From Epiperipatus broadwayi (Eukaryota; Animalia; Onychophora), in assembly GCA_028023455.1 (NCBI GenBank), contig JAQFVV010000004.1, forward strand, positions 23,994,001 through 24,058,000: a stretch of 64,000 nt of DNA. The letters are read 5' to 3'. Below, in pieces: positions 11,329 through 26,429 of this stretch. Both the position numbers and the translations under genes were made by a program. The notes below the pieces were generated by a model. That model saw only the letters and a program-made list of their open reading frames with translations, ran no database searches and was not told the DNA's origin. Numbering within the stretch: position 1 is the first letter of the stretch; every line of letters begins with the position of its first letter.

Positions 11329-13368
11329 TTTTAGATATAAAATGCATGAAATTTATTCATACTAATAATATTGCTTTGACTTCTCAAAAGATATCTTTTC
11401 CTGACATAAAAGTCTCTATTTCAAAGACTGCAATTTATTCCTAATTCAATAAAGACAGTATGTTCAAGTTTTCATATAAATAACAGGGAATCATCTTGCA
11501 ATCTGAATATAGCAAAGAACTGAAGCATAGTTAAACCTTGTTCTATTTAGAGGAAACTTTAATTTGAACTCTAACTTATGTTACTCATTTAACTAAAGTT
11601 ACATCTAAATTAATTTCTAGAAATAATTTTATTGGAAAGCTATCTGATACTACTTGGTATATAATGCAAATTATTTTTAAAATAGCTTCCTAAGTAGAAA
11701 GTTATATTACTGATGAATAATATTCATCTTCATGGAAATAAAGATACCACACTAAACTTTTAGATATTCAATTAAATATTACCGTGGGAAATATTACTGA
11801 TATATTCATGTCTACTCCTTTAGAGTGGCCTTCTATTCTTTCTCATATTCCTCTATCAGCTCTCAGAAGTGAAGCTGTTAATTAGATCAGACTTATCAAT
11901 AATTAAAAATATAGTTTTCACCAGCTAAGACAGCTAAAAGCATAACCCCCTTTATGGACATTTAAACAAATTTCTACAATTGATAAATAATGATACAAAA
12001 ATAGAATTGTTATGATATTCCAAAGATGTTTATTTTTCCAAATCCAGCAATAAAGCCATATTGATCTAATCTTTCTAGATACAACTGGCATTTAATCAGT
12101 AGATTAGGATAATTCATGATCAATATGTTCATCTGCTACATAAATGGAATTAATTAATTATCACTTTATGTAAATGTGAAAAGACATAAACTATGAAACA
12201 CATAGTTAATGAATGCTGAATCTATGATTATAGTAACAGAATTGAACAACTTAATAATGCTACTGATTATTTTATTTCCCAGTTAGAATCTGTGCTCATA
12301 ATAGAAGTGATAGAGAAAATCATGTACTAGATAATAATTAATGATTATATGTAATATAAAATAGTCAAATTTCTCAAAACTTATGTAATATTTGGGCACC
12401 TAAATAGCAATTGATTTGATCCAACAGGATCATTTTGAGTTTTTTTTCTCAATAGAGAGAGATTCCAGTAATTTTAGTTTTAGAGTCTGCCATTCTCAAC
12501 TGCGATAAATGATACAGGACATTTAAATATTAATATATTGTTTTATATTGCATATCTCTTTTGAAAATAAACTTTATATTCTTAAGCATGTACAGAATCC
12601 AACTGTTAAACAAATTCTTCTATTCAAAATATTTAAATGTTCATACTTTAATGCAAAGTTTATTACTCTGATATCATAAATGCAGAAATAAAAATTTTTA
12701 TTTTCATCCATAATAATAAAACAAGCTATATATTTTTTTTTATATCACAGCATTTTATTTTTAAATCTGATTTGCTGTAAAATATATGAGTGGAAAATGA
12801 GTTTAAGCTATATATCAAAATAGGAAAAATGCATTTCCAAAACATAGAAAACATCGATCCAAGAGAAATGAACATAACAGCATGAAAATCATTTAAATTA
12901 AGCAGTCAGTTATATATGAACTATACAAAATATAAAAATAATGAGTTTTAAAGAAATCTCATCTAATAAGAATGCAACAGACACTTGGTATTATTATAAC
13001 AGATCTAAGAACTGAAAACATGTAAAAAAAGAAATCAATCTTTTCTATAGCTAAAAATACTAAACAATTATACTATATGCAATTAATTAGCCTACATATT
13101 TATTTGAAAATAATATGCAACAAGAAATAATAACATTAGAATATATTGTATAAAACAATAGTTTCTCATAAGCATCACCAATCACAATAAAAAACATGAT
13201 GCAGTTGGACAATATCAGTTTATTCAACAAAAAAATCATAAGCCATTTAATTAAGAAAATAAATAAAGAGTAAGAACAATAACAATTAAAAAGTTGAATG
13301 GTTTATAAACACTTGCAGAGGAAGATCTAACAATCTTTCCAATTTAAAATTAGAATTTTGCTAACTCA

Positions 13369-13435
13369 TCATCATCATCATCAACCATTATCAATCCACT
13401 GCAGGATAAAGGTCTCTCCAAGTTTAATCCATCTA
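13369..13435 (-). mobile_element. Isolated 3' tail of RTE LINE with (GAT)n microsatellite end
   Basis: CATCATCATCATCAACCATTATCAATCCACTGCAGGATAAAGGTCTCTCCAAGTTTAATCCA is the reverse complement of the RTE 3' end at 48098-48160. Confidence 0.85.
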
Positions 13436-16400
13436 ACTACATATGCATATATGTATATGTGAGAAAACCTACAAAACACAGTCTTAAAGATTTTCAAAGA
13501 AAGATATTTGTAAATAAACAAATTAATTAATAAAGAATTTTCAATTGAAAAATAATATTTATTAATACTTTGAGATAGCAGGAATGATAAAAATTTCAAT
13601 TTAAAAATCACATCTTTATATATTTTGTTTACATTATCTATGTTCCTTATGCATATTGATTCATGTTGAATTATAAAAATAGGCATATGGTTAATTATTA
13701 AAACAGTCACATAATAGCAGAGTACCCAAATATTAGATTGTGTACAGGTTCAATTTGATTGATCAAACTGATATTTTTAAAAACTGCTCAGCTGAAATCT
13801 TTTAAAAAATTCATAGCTTTGATTTCACCATTCTACCATTATATTAAATTGCACAACAAAATAATCATCTAGTTCGTTTAGCTGCCTGGGAAATTAGTTG
13901 ACACTTTATCTATAAAATTTACTAAATTGAAAATTATTTTTAATTCTGTTTTTTAATTTGGGAAAGAATTCACAAAAGGAAATTGAATCTGCTGCCCTAA
14001 AAATACACTAATCATTCGCATCAAAATAATACTATTGTATGCTGCTTAAAAAAAGTTGTGATCTTTGAATACTCATATAGAAATTTAACACAAGTTTTAC
14101 GCAATTGAGAAAACTGTTTTTTTTTTTTTAAACTTTATTCAACTGAAAAAATCTATCCATAAAGTTCTAATCTAGAATTAGCGACAAACAGACCATATCA
14201 ACCAGTGTATATATATATATCATTTTTTAAAAAATGACTCATTGTAAACATTTTTCATTTAACACAGATTATTCAAATTATATATAAAAAAAACCATTCT
14301 TGAAATAAAAATTATTAATTTAATTAAGTGGCTAAAAGGTAATTAAAAACTATAAAAATATTAACATCCAATCCAAAAATTAAATGAAAAACTAGCTAAA
14401 TCAATAATCTGTCATTGAATTTTTAATATTTTTTGTTAATGTATACTTAACACATATTTTATTTAAAAATATTACATAAAAAATTGTACTTTAAAAATTG
14501 TAAATCAAATAATTTAAGTAAATTATTTATACAATAAAGATTTGAGACGATCATATGCTAATTTAAAAAATGATATGAGAAAATATGAATTGCTAAGATG
14601 TTTTTTTGATAAATGAATAAAGATAAATATGGTGTGAAAATAAAAGATAAAACCACCTATTAAATGAGTATATACTTTTTTATATTGCAAAAAAATTATT
14701 TATAAAAATACATAGAGTATTCCTGTTAAATTTTCAACATATACATATTATCTGGTAATTAATAAATATATTCACAAAACCATTTAATCACACCTCTATA
14801 TGCCATGAATATGATATAGTAAATATATTAAAAGCATGCTAAGCAGTAAAAAAGATAAATATTAATTCTATGAGTATATTTATTAATACTAGATATTACT
14901 TTGGCTCAGAAAAAAAAAAGCAACAACACACACACACACACACATATATATATATTGTAACTATAACAAATTTGATGCAACTCAAATGTGATTATTATAT
15001 CACAAATCTATATAAAAAAATTGTTTAATAAAAAGTCATATCAAATGACTAGTAAATATATAAATTGTCATTTGAGTATGTTCACGTAAGTGTGTGTAAC
15101 TTGAGAAATAAAAATGTAAACTGCCTAAAGGTTAAGAGAAAAATTAATTTATGCATATTATTAAAGATTATTAGATATTTATTTTGTAATATTTGACAAA
15201 CTAAATGATGAAGTATATTGTAAAGGAAAAAAGAAAAGTAGTCTTAATATGCAAAAGAATTGCATAGTTTTTTTAAAAAATCTAAATTTAAATGTTGTCT
15301 TACCTGAATTGAGTTTTAAATGAAATTTACCATATTTCTATAGTAAAACTGGATGGCAAAGCTAAATATAATATTAAAATTTTAGAATTGATAATATTTT
15401 AGAAATTATAATTAAAAATTCAAAAGTCAACAATGAATTTTCCTTTTTCCTATGTTAATGAAATGTAAATAAAGAGAAACGGATAAACAATTTTTTACTC
15501 TTCTTTTATTTCACTTATTTATAAATAAAAACATGGTGTAATGTACATAAAATTTGAATCCACAACATATTGAAGAGGGCAAAGAGGGTGTTTTTCAAAA
15601 AATATATTGTTGTAATGTCACAAAGATCAGATTTTCCTTAGCTGGTGACATATATTGTTTGAATAATATAAATTATATTTAAATAGGTCTGAAACAAGAA
15701 ATTAAGCATTAGTATTTTAATTCTAGGAGTCCAGCATTTTATTTCATATTGCATTGCATTAGAGTGCAATGTACTATTGAAGCCATGTTGTTGTGATCCA
15801 TGCTGAAGACAGAAACAACCAATGATTAAAACTTTTTCTACTGCAAGCTGCATTTTATTGACTTGTTTTAAAAGTATTTTTTATACTCGTTATAATAGTC
15901 AGTATGATGATTTTATTTATAAGAAATCTATCTACCATGTATGGCTAGATAACCAAACACCACACCAGTTAAATGCAGTCAGATCCAGAAAATAACACTG
16001 AAGTTTGCCAAAACATCCAGTGAAATGCCTCTTAATAATGTCACGAAGGATAAAAGGAACAATGTCATTTGAACTATCTAAGACCTACTGATATTATATC
16101 TCAAATAATGTCACCAATGCTTTTGTATTTACTCTCTAACATCACCAGTGCCAATACAGAAGAACCACCATCTTTGAAAAAACTAATGAAGACTGGAAAT
16201 TTATTCAAAAGAACAATATCTAAAAAACCATGGTTTGTGGCTGTTTCAATATTTAAGATGGTAATACCTCTTATCATTATCAATACTATAATATCTTAAA
16301 CTAAAACTTAAATTTAAAATATCTCTTACTATTATGATATTTAATATTTTGTGTATATGTTAATAGTTGTGAATATATACATAATAGTTTTAGTTATTCA

Positions 16401-17296
16401 TTATTAATATAAATTTTTTTTTATTAATCCATTTAATTGGTATTTCTAACACAATCCAAATATTAAGGTTTTTACATACATATGCTAGTTAATATCCATA
16501 GGCTTGACAAATCATGCAACTCACTGGAGGACATGCTGAGATGGCAGTAATAATTGGTGGTGATCATTCCTTTAAAAGTTTCCCAAGAGTAAACTTTGTT
16601 TTTAGAAGGTTTGGCACCTTTGAGTTTTCATTTTTATTAAAATTGAAAAACAAAATAGTTTTGGGAGTACTTCTACTTTTAAGTTCTAAATTATCTTCAT
16701 AATTTTGGTTAATATTATTATTGCATAATTTCTTTTATTGAATTTTATTAACCATTCAATTTTCATATTTATTTGAACCCGAATTTATGGTACACATTAA
16801 AGATCTCATTATATATATATGTGTGTGTACATCTTTGATTATATAAAATTGCATATGGTTATGGATTCAAACCCAACTACCATGTTTTGTGGAATATTTA
16901 CTGTGTCAAAAATTTAGAATTACAGTATATGTATATATATGGAGATATGAATTTATCAGCCAAATATTATTTAGCAAAATTAATTAATTTCAGTCTTATT
17001 ATTTTATAGAATGTTGTTTTGATATACATATATATCATTGCACAAAATAGCTATGGTAAATTTCTAAAATACATTGCATTATATTGCATCAGTTTGTATT
17101 TTCAGTTTCTTTTAATTGTGAAGAAAAAAAATTAATATATGCTAATAAGTTTTTTTTCTTCAAAATAATCTTTATTTGCACAAAAAGTAAAATATACATT
17201 ATAATATAGAGTTCATGTTTACAATAAGTAAATAATAAGTTTTATTATTAATTTAAAAATAAATTGTATAGACTTGTTTACATTAAAACAATTAAA

Positions 17297-17408
17297 TTTT
17301 TTTTTCCATATGTCATAGCATCGTCCAGGAAGCGAACCCACAACCGTCTGCAACCAACTACTTGCTTGCAAGGCGGCTGCGATGACCTCTCGGCTAACAA
17401 CGCTTTGA
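17297..17408 (-). mobile_element. tRNA-Gly-derived SINE, extended subfamily (young copy, CpG-rich)
   Basis: Minus strand GCGTTGTTAGCCGAGAGG...GCCTTGCAAGC...GGGTTCGCTTCCTGGACGATGCTATGACATATGG-polyA. Near-identical to 35165-35277. Confidence 0.75.
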
Positions 17409-19746
17409 GTAAAAAAATCGGTGTTTACCAGATTAACATACTAAGGACTTCTTTTATAAAAGAAGTCTATTTGTTATGATAAAACTAATAACAATGTTTA
17501 CCAAATTTACTGGTTTAATCTATCTTTTATACTACCACATTATCTACTATATTTTGTTGTAAGCTCACCTCAAATACATTATATATCATGTTGTTGATAA
17601 ACTTTGATTACAATAGAATATGTATTACTTATTGAACTACAAATATATAGTATTTTTCAACAGACACATATACATCATAGCTGCTTATATATATAGTATG
17701 TACATATAAATAAAGATTATAATATAAACAAAAAATTAAAAAATATTAATGTAGTTATTAATAATAAATTGAAGGGATACATTTACATATATTTTTATTG
17801 TGTTTATGTTTACTTATTCACAATTAACTTAAAAATAAAAATAAAGAAACACAATTATTATACCATATCTTTATTTTTTTAAATAAAATAATAGCAAAAT
17901 GACTGACTTTTATTGCAATTGAATACATTCTGGATGATATTCTTTTTTTTTCAATAAAAGTCCATACCAACTTTACAAATGTTTTTAAATTTTGTAAAAA
18001 TAATTTTTTTTACATTTAGAAAACATTTTATTATGAAAAATATTATAGATCAAATTTAGTAAGAATAATACTTTAAATATAAAATGTGTGTGTTTTCAAC
18101 ATAAACTGAAGAAATTTTATTAATAAACATAGTTACACATGGGGCTCTGAAATAAAAAATAAAAAAAAGACATCTGCTGTATTATAAAGTTTATGAAATT
18201 TATAAATTTTAATGATTTTTTTTTTAAAAAAATATAACGTATATCACTTTATAGACAGAAAAATGGATGATTGTGTCTCATAAAATGTATTAAATTTATG
18301 AATTTTAACATTTTTCTTGTTTGTTTATTTACATTTTTATTTATTATTATTATTCTTTTGATAATTATAATTGAAATAACATAATCTATAACTTCGCTAT
18401 ATTTATGCATTTGAATGAATATGCAAATTTCACAATGACATTAGATTATATAATAATAAAGATAAAATATTAAATATTGTAAGTTCCATAAAGCTAACAT
18501 ATACTTTTTTTTACAAGTTATTAATTTTAAATTTATTCATACATTGTTATATAAATTTTAAGATAGAATTTTTATAAATTTTAAATTATTCTACATAAAT
18601 TGAAATTAAATATATAACTTATCAACTGTATTTTTAGCAATTTTTTTTGTAAAAATCAGAGTCCATAATTATTTTATTTTATTCAAAAATATAAAGTGAA
18701 GAGAATCATCTAAAGGCATCTTTCTTTTCTGACAAAATAAGTAATAAATTATGTAATTAATTGTTTTTCAATATTTATTTAGTTCAAACACTAATATATT
18801 ACAAAATGGAAGAGCAAATATACATTAGTAATTGCGTTTTGGACCATTTATATATATGCATGCACAAATGTGGCCAATTTTTTCTACTAATCACTGATAA
18901 ATTTAACTTTATTTTTATAATAAAAATTAGTTTATTTTTTAAAAAAAAAGAAATTTGAAATAATTTATTGAGACAGTCCATTTTTAATATAACTTAAATT
19001 AATATTTAACATTGCACTTATCTGAAAATACAAAAACATTTCTACATATCATGTTTTGTAATGTTTACGAAAAGACAATTTTGCTTTTTCCAGATTTCTG
19101 AACTTGAATGTAGTACTGATGAAAGTAAGATTGTTAAAGAAAGAATTTGATATTATGATATTATTTTATTTTTTTGTATGTTGTTTTTCCAATAACATAT
19201 TGACCGGTGTAGAAGACAATACAAACTAGAAAATTCCTCAGCAAAAGTGGTTGTCAGTAAAGTGAAAAACTTTTATTGGAAGAGGCAAGGCAACTATTCT
19301 TACTAAAGAGCTGAATTCTTAAGATTAATATTAGAAATTGCTTGCCTAATACAGACATTAGAATCTGATCTCAAGTGAGAGTCATAAGCAGCATCACATT
19401 TTACAAAAAATTATGCCTCAAGCATAATAAAAAATGCCCAGGAATTAATAATGCCAAACTAATGGAATTATAGTAGCCATATTGCTGAAATGCAATAATT
19501 GGAAATTTATATAAAGATTTAAAGTCAACCAGAAACTACAAGAGAGCTAACTTTATTTAAAAGCTAAACCAATCCATAAAGTTTAGTCAGACAAGAATTT
19601 TATTAATTAAATTGGAACTTGAAATACAACATTAGAAAATGCTTGTGTAAAAAGCTTTTTTTAAACCTTTAAATTGTAAAAATCATATGTAAAAACTGAT
19701 TTATATCCAAAAACATAGATAAATACATAAGTTTATTTTGTCTGAA

Positions 19747-19778
19747 CAAGGCAAAACTCTCCATACAGTAGTGCCACC
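19747..19778 (-). repeat. Short fragment of HHR element family 1 terminus
   Basis: GGCAAAACTCTCCATACAGTAGTGCCAC matches the family-1 inverted arm start seen at 49550 and 62807. Confidence 0.7.
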
Positions 19779-20258
19779 CTGTGCCAGATGTGCTAGTATA
19801 AGAGATGGTGACTGTGTGATATTTATTTTGTCTGCATAATTTATTTAATGTAATTTGTCAATTTTACATACACAACACATCTGATATTCACAATTATATC
19901 TTTTAATATTTTAAAGTACGTATTAAATCAATGTTTTTCTATTGCATATATTGACATATTTGCATAATTTAAAGTTATACAATTAAAAAAAATAGTATGC
20001 ATCTGGGAACCAATTTTATTAACGTTTTTACATATAAATGTTATAATATTTTAACAAATATCTCTATGTGTATTGTTATGTCAATCATTATTGTTATTTC
20101 ATCTTTTAAACATTTTATTACTAAAAATCCAGTTTTAGTTCAATAATCCATATGTTGGTGTCATAATGCTGATAGCTCTGATACCCCCATTGGTTCAGTT
20201 TTGCAACAGATGGGTGCAAGGTTATTAATTAATTAATTTATAAAAAGAGAATATGAGG

Positions 20259-21240
20259 CCCTAACATAAATAATTATTCTCTTTATAAAGGTATGTATAG
20301 GATTAGGATTCCATGCTAATTATATAATAAGCAATTCAAACATATAAGAATAATATTTTAAAGATTACTACACAAATATTCACATTCAAAAAACTTTATT
20401 ATATTACTATTGTATCAGTATAAATGGAAAAAATCCTTACTGATGCCCCATGAATTGGATATGTCAAATCTGTAACAATATAAATAGGCCAACTGAAATT
20501 AATAGGGCCATACAAATTGAGCGAGCCAAATCTGTAAGGAAATAAATTTGAACAATAATTTTATCTAAGCCCTATGAATAAAGTAAGCTAAAATCTATAC
20601 TGGAATAAGATTTAAAATCTATCAATAATATTTATTTATTTATTAAACAAATACCAACCTGACTTGATGCTAAAATTGTAATAAGCAAAATAAACAATAG
20701 TTTATTTAGAATTTATAATCATCATTATTATTTTCAATCATTATTGATCCACTGCAGGGTCTTAAAAATGATGATGATGATTATAAATTTTAAATAAACT
20801 ATTATTTATTTGTTTATTGCAATATTGGTGTCAAGTCAGGTTGGTATTTTTTTAATAAATAAACAAATATTATTAATAGATTTTTAATTTTATTCCACTA
20901 CATTTTTTAGTTTATTTTATTCATAGGGCTTAGATAAAATTATTGCTCAAATTTATTCTATTACAGATATGGCTTGCTCAATTTGTATGGCCCTATTAAT
21001 TTCAGTTGGCCCATTTATGCTATTACAGATTTGGCATACCCAATTCATGGGGCATCAATAAGAGAACTTTCTCATTTATACTGTTAATAGAATAGTTTTT
21101 TGAATATGAGTACTTATATAGCAATAATTAAAACATTATTCTTATATGTTTGAATTGCTTATTACATAATTAGCATAGAATAAAGAGATCTTCCAAGTCC
21201 TATATATATCTTTATAAAGAGAATAATTATTTATATTAAG
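20259..21240. repeat. ~1 kb foldback (arms ~480 bp) centred on an RTE 3'-tail fragment
   Basis: The arms align as reverse complements along their length (e.g. AATACCAACCTGACTTGA ~20650 vs TCAAGTCAGGTTGGTATT ~20830; ATAAATAATTATTCTCTTTATAAAG vs CTTTATAAAGAGAATAATTATTTAT). The central spacer TCATTATTGATCCACTGCAGG matches the RTE tail. Confidence 0.85.
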
Positions 21241-24200
21241 ACATTGTTAGAAAAGAAAATTTATAATAGAATATATTAAATAGTAGTTTATATCAGGATT
21301 AATTTACAAAATAACTCTTATGTTATGCAGTAAAATTTATAACAGTATGAAATGAAATAAAATTATTTAAATTTGACAATTATATTTGAAATTTGTATTA
21401 ACAATTTATTGACTAGATCTTTATGTTTGAATAATACCAATAATATTTTAATAAATATAAAGATCAAAATGTAAATATATAATGATGATTTGTTTATACC
21501 CAAATGCCCAATTGATATCTATGAAAACATTAGGTTCACCTTTGATGATTGCTCAATTCTAATAAAGCATAAGATCTATATTATTTTAACAATTTAAATG
21601 TCAAATGTTTATGGTTCACAGAGACTTTGAATTATTATTGTTGTATTATGTATTTAATAAATTGAATAAAACTATCAACTCAACTTTTAATAAGTACAGC
21701 AATAACTTTATTTACAAAATAAATAAGATATATAAAGAGTAAAATAATAATTCAATAGTTTGAAATAGTTTATCCTATAATGTTCTTATTGATTAAACTA
21801 TAATATGATGCTAGAAAGTACAAATATGTTTATTACAAAGAAAATATTTATCTATATTTATCTTCAATAAACAATAAATATTAAATATAAAAATAAATAT
21901 TAATCTGTCCTAGTTTTCCTATAAATCGTTGTTATTACAAATAAACAATTAATTTATTTTTATCTCAAATAATAACCAATTCACTTACTTGATTTATATT
22001 TTGATTTTATATTTAAGATCAGAGAGTAAAGGAATGAAAGCAGTTATTAAAATAAAAATTTACTATAATTATTTAAATTCTTATTTTAAAGTTATTAAAA
22101 TTTTCTTTCTGGCTATTTATACTTATATCAGATTTATATACATACCTTAAATAAACAGAAAATAATATAATACAAGTAACAATTAAATGGATAAAATATA
22201 GTATCTATTGATCAAATAGTGATAAAATATTAATTAATGTCTATACACAGAATTCAATTTATCTTAAAGTTTCTTTGTTAAGTTCATGGGGAAAAATCCA
22301 TAAAATAATATTTTCAAAAAAACATAATCCCAGAAGCTTATCTCCTTTTATACATACTTGAAGTTTATTAAGATAGGTAATTCCTAATTGGTTATAGCAA
22401 TGTTTATATTTCAGTTAAAACAGAATAATAAGCATTATTTTATCCTTTTAAAATGGATTATATCATTATTCTATTAAATTCAAATCATTATCCATTTGTC
22501 CATAACACTTGGCAAATTATTTATTGGCCCAATAGACATATATATATATTAAACTATGTAGCAAATCTTTATATACATTTTATAACTTTTTAAAATGCAC
22601 TTAAAACAATGACATTTTTTCCAGCTATTATTATAGGCAACCTCACAAAAGACTAATTGTCTTTTGGAATAAATTAGTCTTGCATTGTAAAATTTAAATC
22701 AAACATTTTTAATATATATATATATATATATATATTGCTTTAGACTTCATTTACTGCAAATGCAGTATACCAACTAAAATAATAGAGAAATGCTGTCTCT
22801 TAATTTAAATCAAGGGCATTTTATATGATTTTCCTTATTGTTATAATACTTAAGTCATTAACCTAGATACAGTATCTTATGATCAACTCAATTTCACAAC
22901 TTTTGGCCAAAAATATTTATTTCTCCTGACCTGAGTTTATTCAAATACAACAGCATTTAGGAACAAAATGTTTTCTCTCAATTAAAAAAAAAATAATAAT
23001 AATACAATGATTTTATCTCTTCTTATAAAATTACAAAAAAAAAGATACTACATTTGTTTGTTTAACATAAAATATTACATTTTAAGATACTTTTTCAATA
23101 ATATTATTTTAAACATATGATTTTAAATATAATAATCTAAGCATGCATCCACATATAATCATACACACATACAAAATCATAACATTATTTATTTGTTTGA
23201 GTCTATTGTTGCTAAAATATGCACTAAGATAAAATATTAATGTAAAAAATTATCAAAATATATATTTTTAAATTTAGGTAACAAAATATAAAATTTAATA
23301 TAATAAACTATCTATTAAAATAATAAAAAAATAAATTGTAAATATTATATTCCACTGTATCTGCAATAACCCAAAAATTAACATAAACACCACTTTATTA
23401 TAGTTAATAACATATAAACTATGACAATATACTTTTTTTAAATATGACAATACTGTTTTTAAAACTAAATCAAGGATGGTACACTATATATATAAACAAA
23501 ATAAAATACCTGATAGATTAGCAAAATAAAATTATAAAGTTTTAATGAAGATAATAAATGTTCATAAAAATGACAAAAAAAACAACAACACACAAACACT
23601 TTTGTATATTTTTCAACTGTTAAACATTTTAAATTTTTTTAGAAGTAATACATGTGATATCCCAAAATTCATGAATTTTAATATTTGCTCTTCATTTATT
23701 AATTAAAGATTTCTTATTTCTATTATAAAAATTGCTTCTTTAATTTTGTTGTATTATGGTTTCTTTCTTCATGAAAAATTCTAATGTTAACCAGGTTAAA
23801 ACTGAAAGTAAAATTATATGTTTTTTTAATAATTAATAAAAATATATGCTGTTACTTTTCAATTGTTTCTCAATATTACATCTTGACTATTCATAAGGGG
23901 AAAAAACATAATAAAAGAAAAATCAAAGAGGCAATTTTTATAAATGTAAATAAGAAATCTTAAATTAATAAACAAAATAATGAATATTAAAATTCTTGAA
24001 TCTTGAGATATTATGTAATGATATTTACTTCTGGAAAATTTAAAGAATGTAATAGTTGAAAAGGTTTACAAAAGTAAGTGAAAGTACTTCATTTTTATAA
24101 TTGTTATTAGGAATACTTATTAACATCGTTAGTACTTTATTGTTTTATATACATATAAAAATGATATTTTATTCTCTTTACATATAAAAGATGATGCACT

Positions 24201-26429
24201 TGTATTAATCTGAATTATCAAAGTTAATAATTATTTTTATTATAGATATTTCTTGCACTAACTATTAAAAAAATGATTTTCCATTGTTATCTGAATTAAT
24301 TAGAATGCATTATATTTGTATAAGCTACCTCATTATCCAATTTAAATGCTCCTATAAATAATCAGTGAGTTGTTGCATAACTTTTGTTAATAAGAACTTT
24401 CACTATTGGCAATATACAAAACTTTTTTTATTTTCTGTCATTGTATTTTGAACATACAAGCTTAACATTTTTGTTTAAAACAAATGACAATGTTCTTTCT
24501 CATGATCTAAGAAAATTGATAAATATGCTTAATTTCCCTTTGCTATATAAATATTTATACTATCTAACTCTTGCAATGATGTTAGTATTAGATTCACCAC
24601 TATATGATGCTAGAATAAATTATTAAAGGGAGGGGGCAATAAACATTTAATTCTGATGATGAGTAATCAAATATTATGTCTTAATCACAATATTTTATCA
24701 TTTAATTATCCCAATAGGCTTCCAGATACATACATACATACATACATACAGTAGATTTTTATGTTAAAAACACAAGTTATCTTTTACACATTATAATACA
24801 TACATAGGGGTTGGAGAAAAACACTGAGATACTTTTATTAATATAATACAAAACTATCATTTACATCAATAACTATATGTATTTTACATGAAATAAAATT
24901 GTATATAATTGTATAGCATTTGAACAATATCTAAAATACAAAAATATTAAGCTAATCATTATGAAAAAAACAACCTCAAATTATCTAAAAAATATCAATG
25001 AAAAATATTAACAACTTAATAACAGTTTAAAAATATTAAGTATGAGTCAATAATATTTATAAATCATGCAATTGAAAAAGTTGTGGAAGAACTGAAACTA
25101 CTATAAAATAATCAATGTCCACAAAATATTTAAATAATCTGCAGTTGCCATGCATCTACATTAAGAAATGGGTGAATTGAATAATGCAATGGTAGGGCAA
25201 CCTAAACATTTTCTTTCACAATATTTTTTCATTTGGGAATAATAGTCTGGTTGAAAAGTTTCTATTAGCAATCACAAGATATAAATGTAATGGATAGTAG
25301 TGTAAACAATAATTTATTAAATTATAGAACGTATTCCCAATAATCTATTGTCCAGATTCTATCTTATGACATTACAATGTCATTTATATCAATCTCTGGT
25401 TTGAAATCACAGCTTTTTCAGTAACATGTTTTTGTAGCTTATAACATTCCAAGTCTTTGTGCTTGAATGGGTGTGTTTTTAACTATAATATTTTTATAAT
25501 AAGTATCATTCATTTACATGAAATGATGATTTCCATCCTTGCTTGGTTCTAGATGCCATTTGTTCAATGTTGCTTTTAAGTAAGGATCAACAATTTATCT
25601 TTTTTAAACTTAAATAAGCCTCACATTTTTTCCCCATTTGCTTATAACATTAATGTTTTGACATAAAAATATATATGCATAAGTAAATTATAAGTAGCGA
25701 CATCCTAGGTAAGGAGTATCAAGCAATCCTGCCTTGTTCGTGACCTAGATATAAAAAAAAGATTTTCTTTAAAAAGTTCCAAACATTGTTAGAATTCTCT
25801 CAGCTTACTAGCTTATTAACTAATTGACCAATATTGGTCTATACATGTATAGCTAGCAATCCTTAACTAGTATAATATAACAAAGATGTTAAAACAGTTC
25901 AAATCGCCTCCATTTAGTGAGTGTCAAGCCCAAGAGTAATGTTTTCTTTTTTATTATTTCTTTGTGAGGTCCTATTAGAGAGAGGTCTATGCCCAGTAGT
26001 GGCCTATTCAACGGCACTCCAAGTTTTCCCTCTATACATTATAACTAATCAATTATTGACTGTGTATTTTCCAAAATTAAAAGAATATGTTTTTAGTTTT
26101 AAAATAATAAACAATACTATATTACAATTTCTCTACTTTTTTTTTATATCAAAGATTTTAATAAAGGCAAAAAAGAAAAAAAAATCTTTATTTGAAATAC
26201 ACAAAGTAAATTCAACAGCGTTTACCAAAAAATCAATAGAAAACATTTTCTACTTCATGCTTTGAAGTAGAAGATGAAATCATTATTTAGATCTATTATG
26301 ATGGTGAATTATGTTTGTAATTTTAAAAGATGATAAAATTAACTGTTATTCAGTTGTATTTTGGAAGAGAGAAAAAAAAAGTGAGTGGCTTCAATAATTA
26401 ACAAATAATCATGTTAAACTTAAAAAGTC

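Noticed and set aside
11400-12150. Possible LINE RT remnant on minus strand (DQYGFIAG)
   Set aside because: One motif only.
15304-15361. Minus-strand segment with strong donor CAG|GTAAGA
   Set aside because: Stops in all three frames; it could be a UTR exon but is unsupported.
15630-16710. GC-richer patches with overlapping 60-76 aa ORFs on both strands
   Set aside because: No recognisable protein motif and no consistent splice/frame structure.
20139-20220. Open exon-like segment FNNPYVGVIMLIALIPPLVQFCNRWVQ (transporter-like hydrophobicity)
   Set aside because: Weak donor (GTTATT), no partner exons found, and too short to assign.
24645-24690. CTGATGATGAGTAATCAAAT hammerhead-like string
   Set aside because: No helix I and no GAAA. 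Similar isolated CTGATGA hits at ~10156, 11710, 19097 and 52103 also lack the helices and are expected by chance in AT-rich DNA.
24800-25600. Possible Tc1/mariner remnant (TIR-like AGGGGTTGGAGAAAAA; WTIDYW on minus strand)
   Set aside because: Too degenerate, with no matching second TIR.
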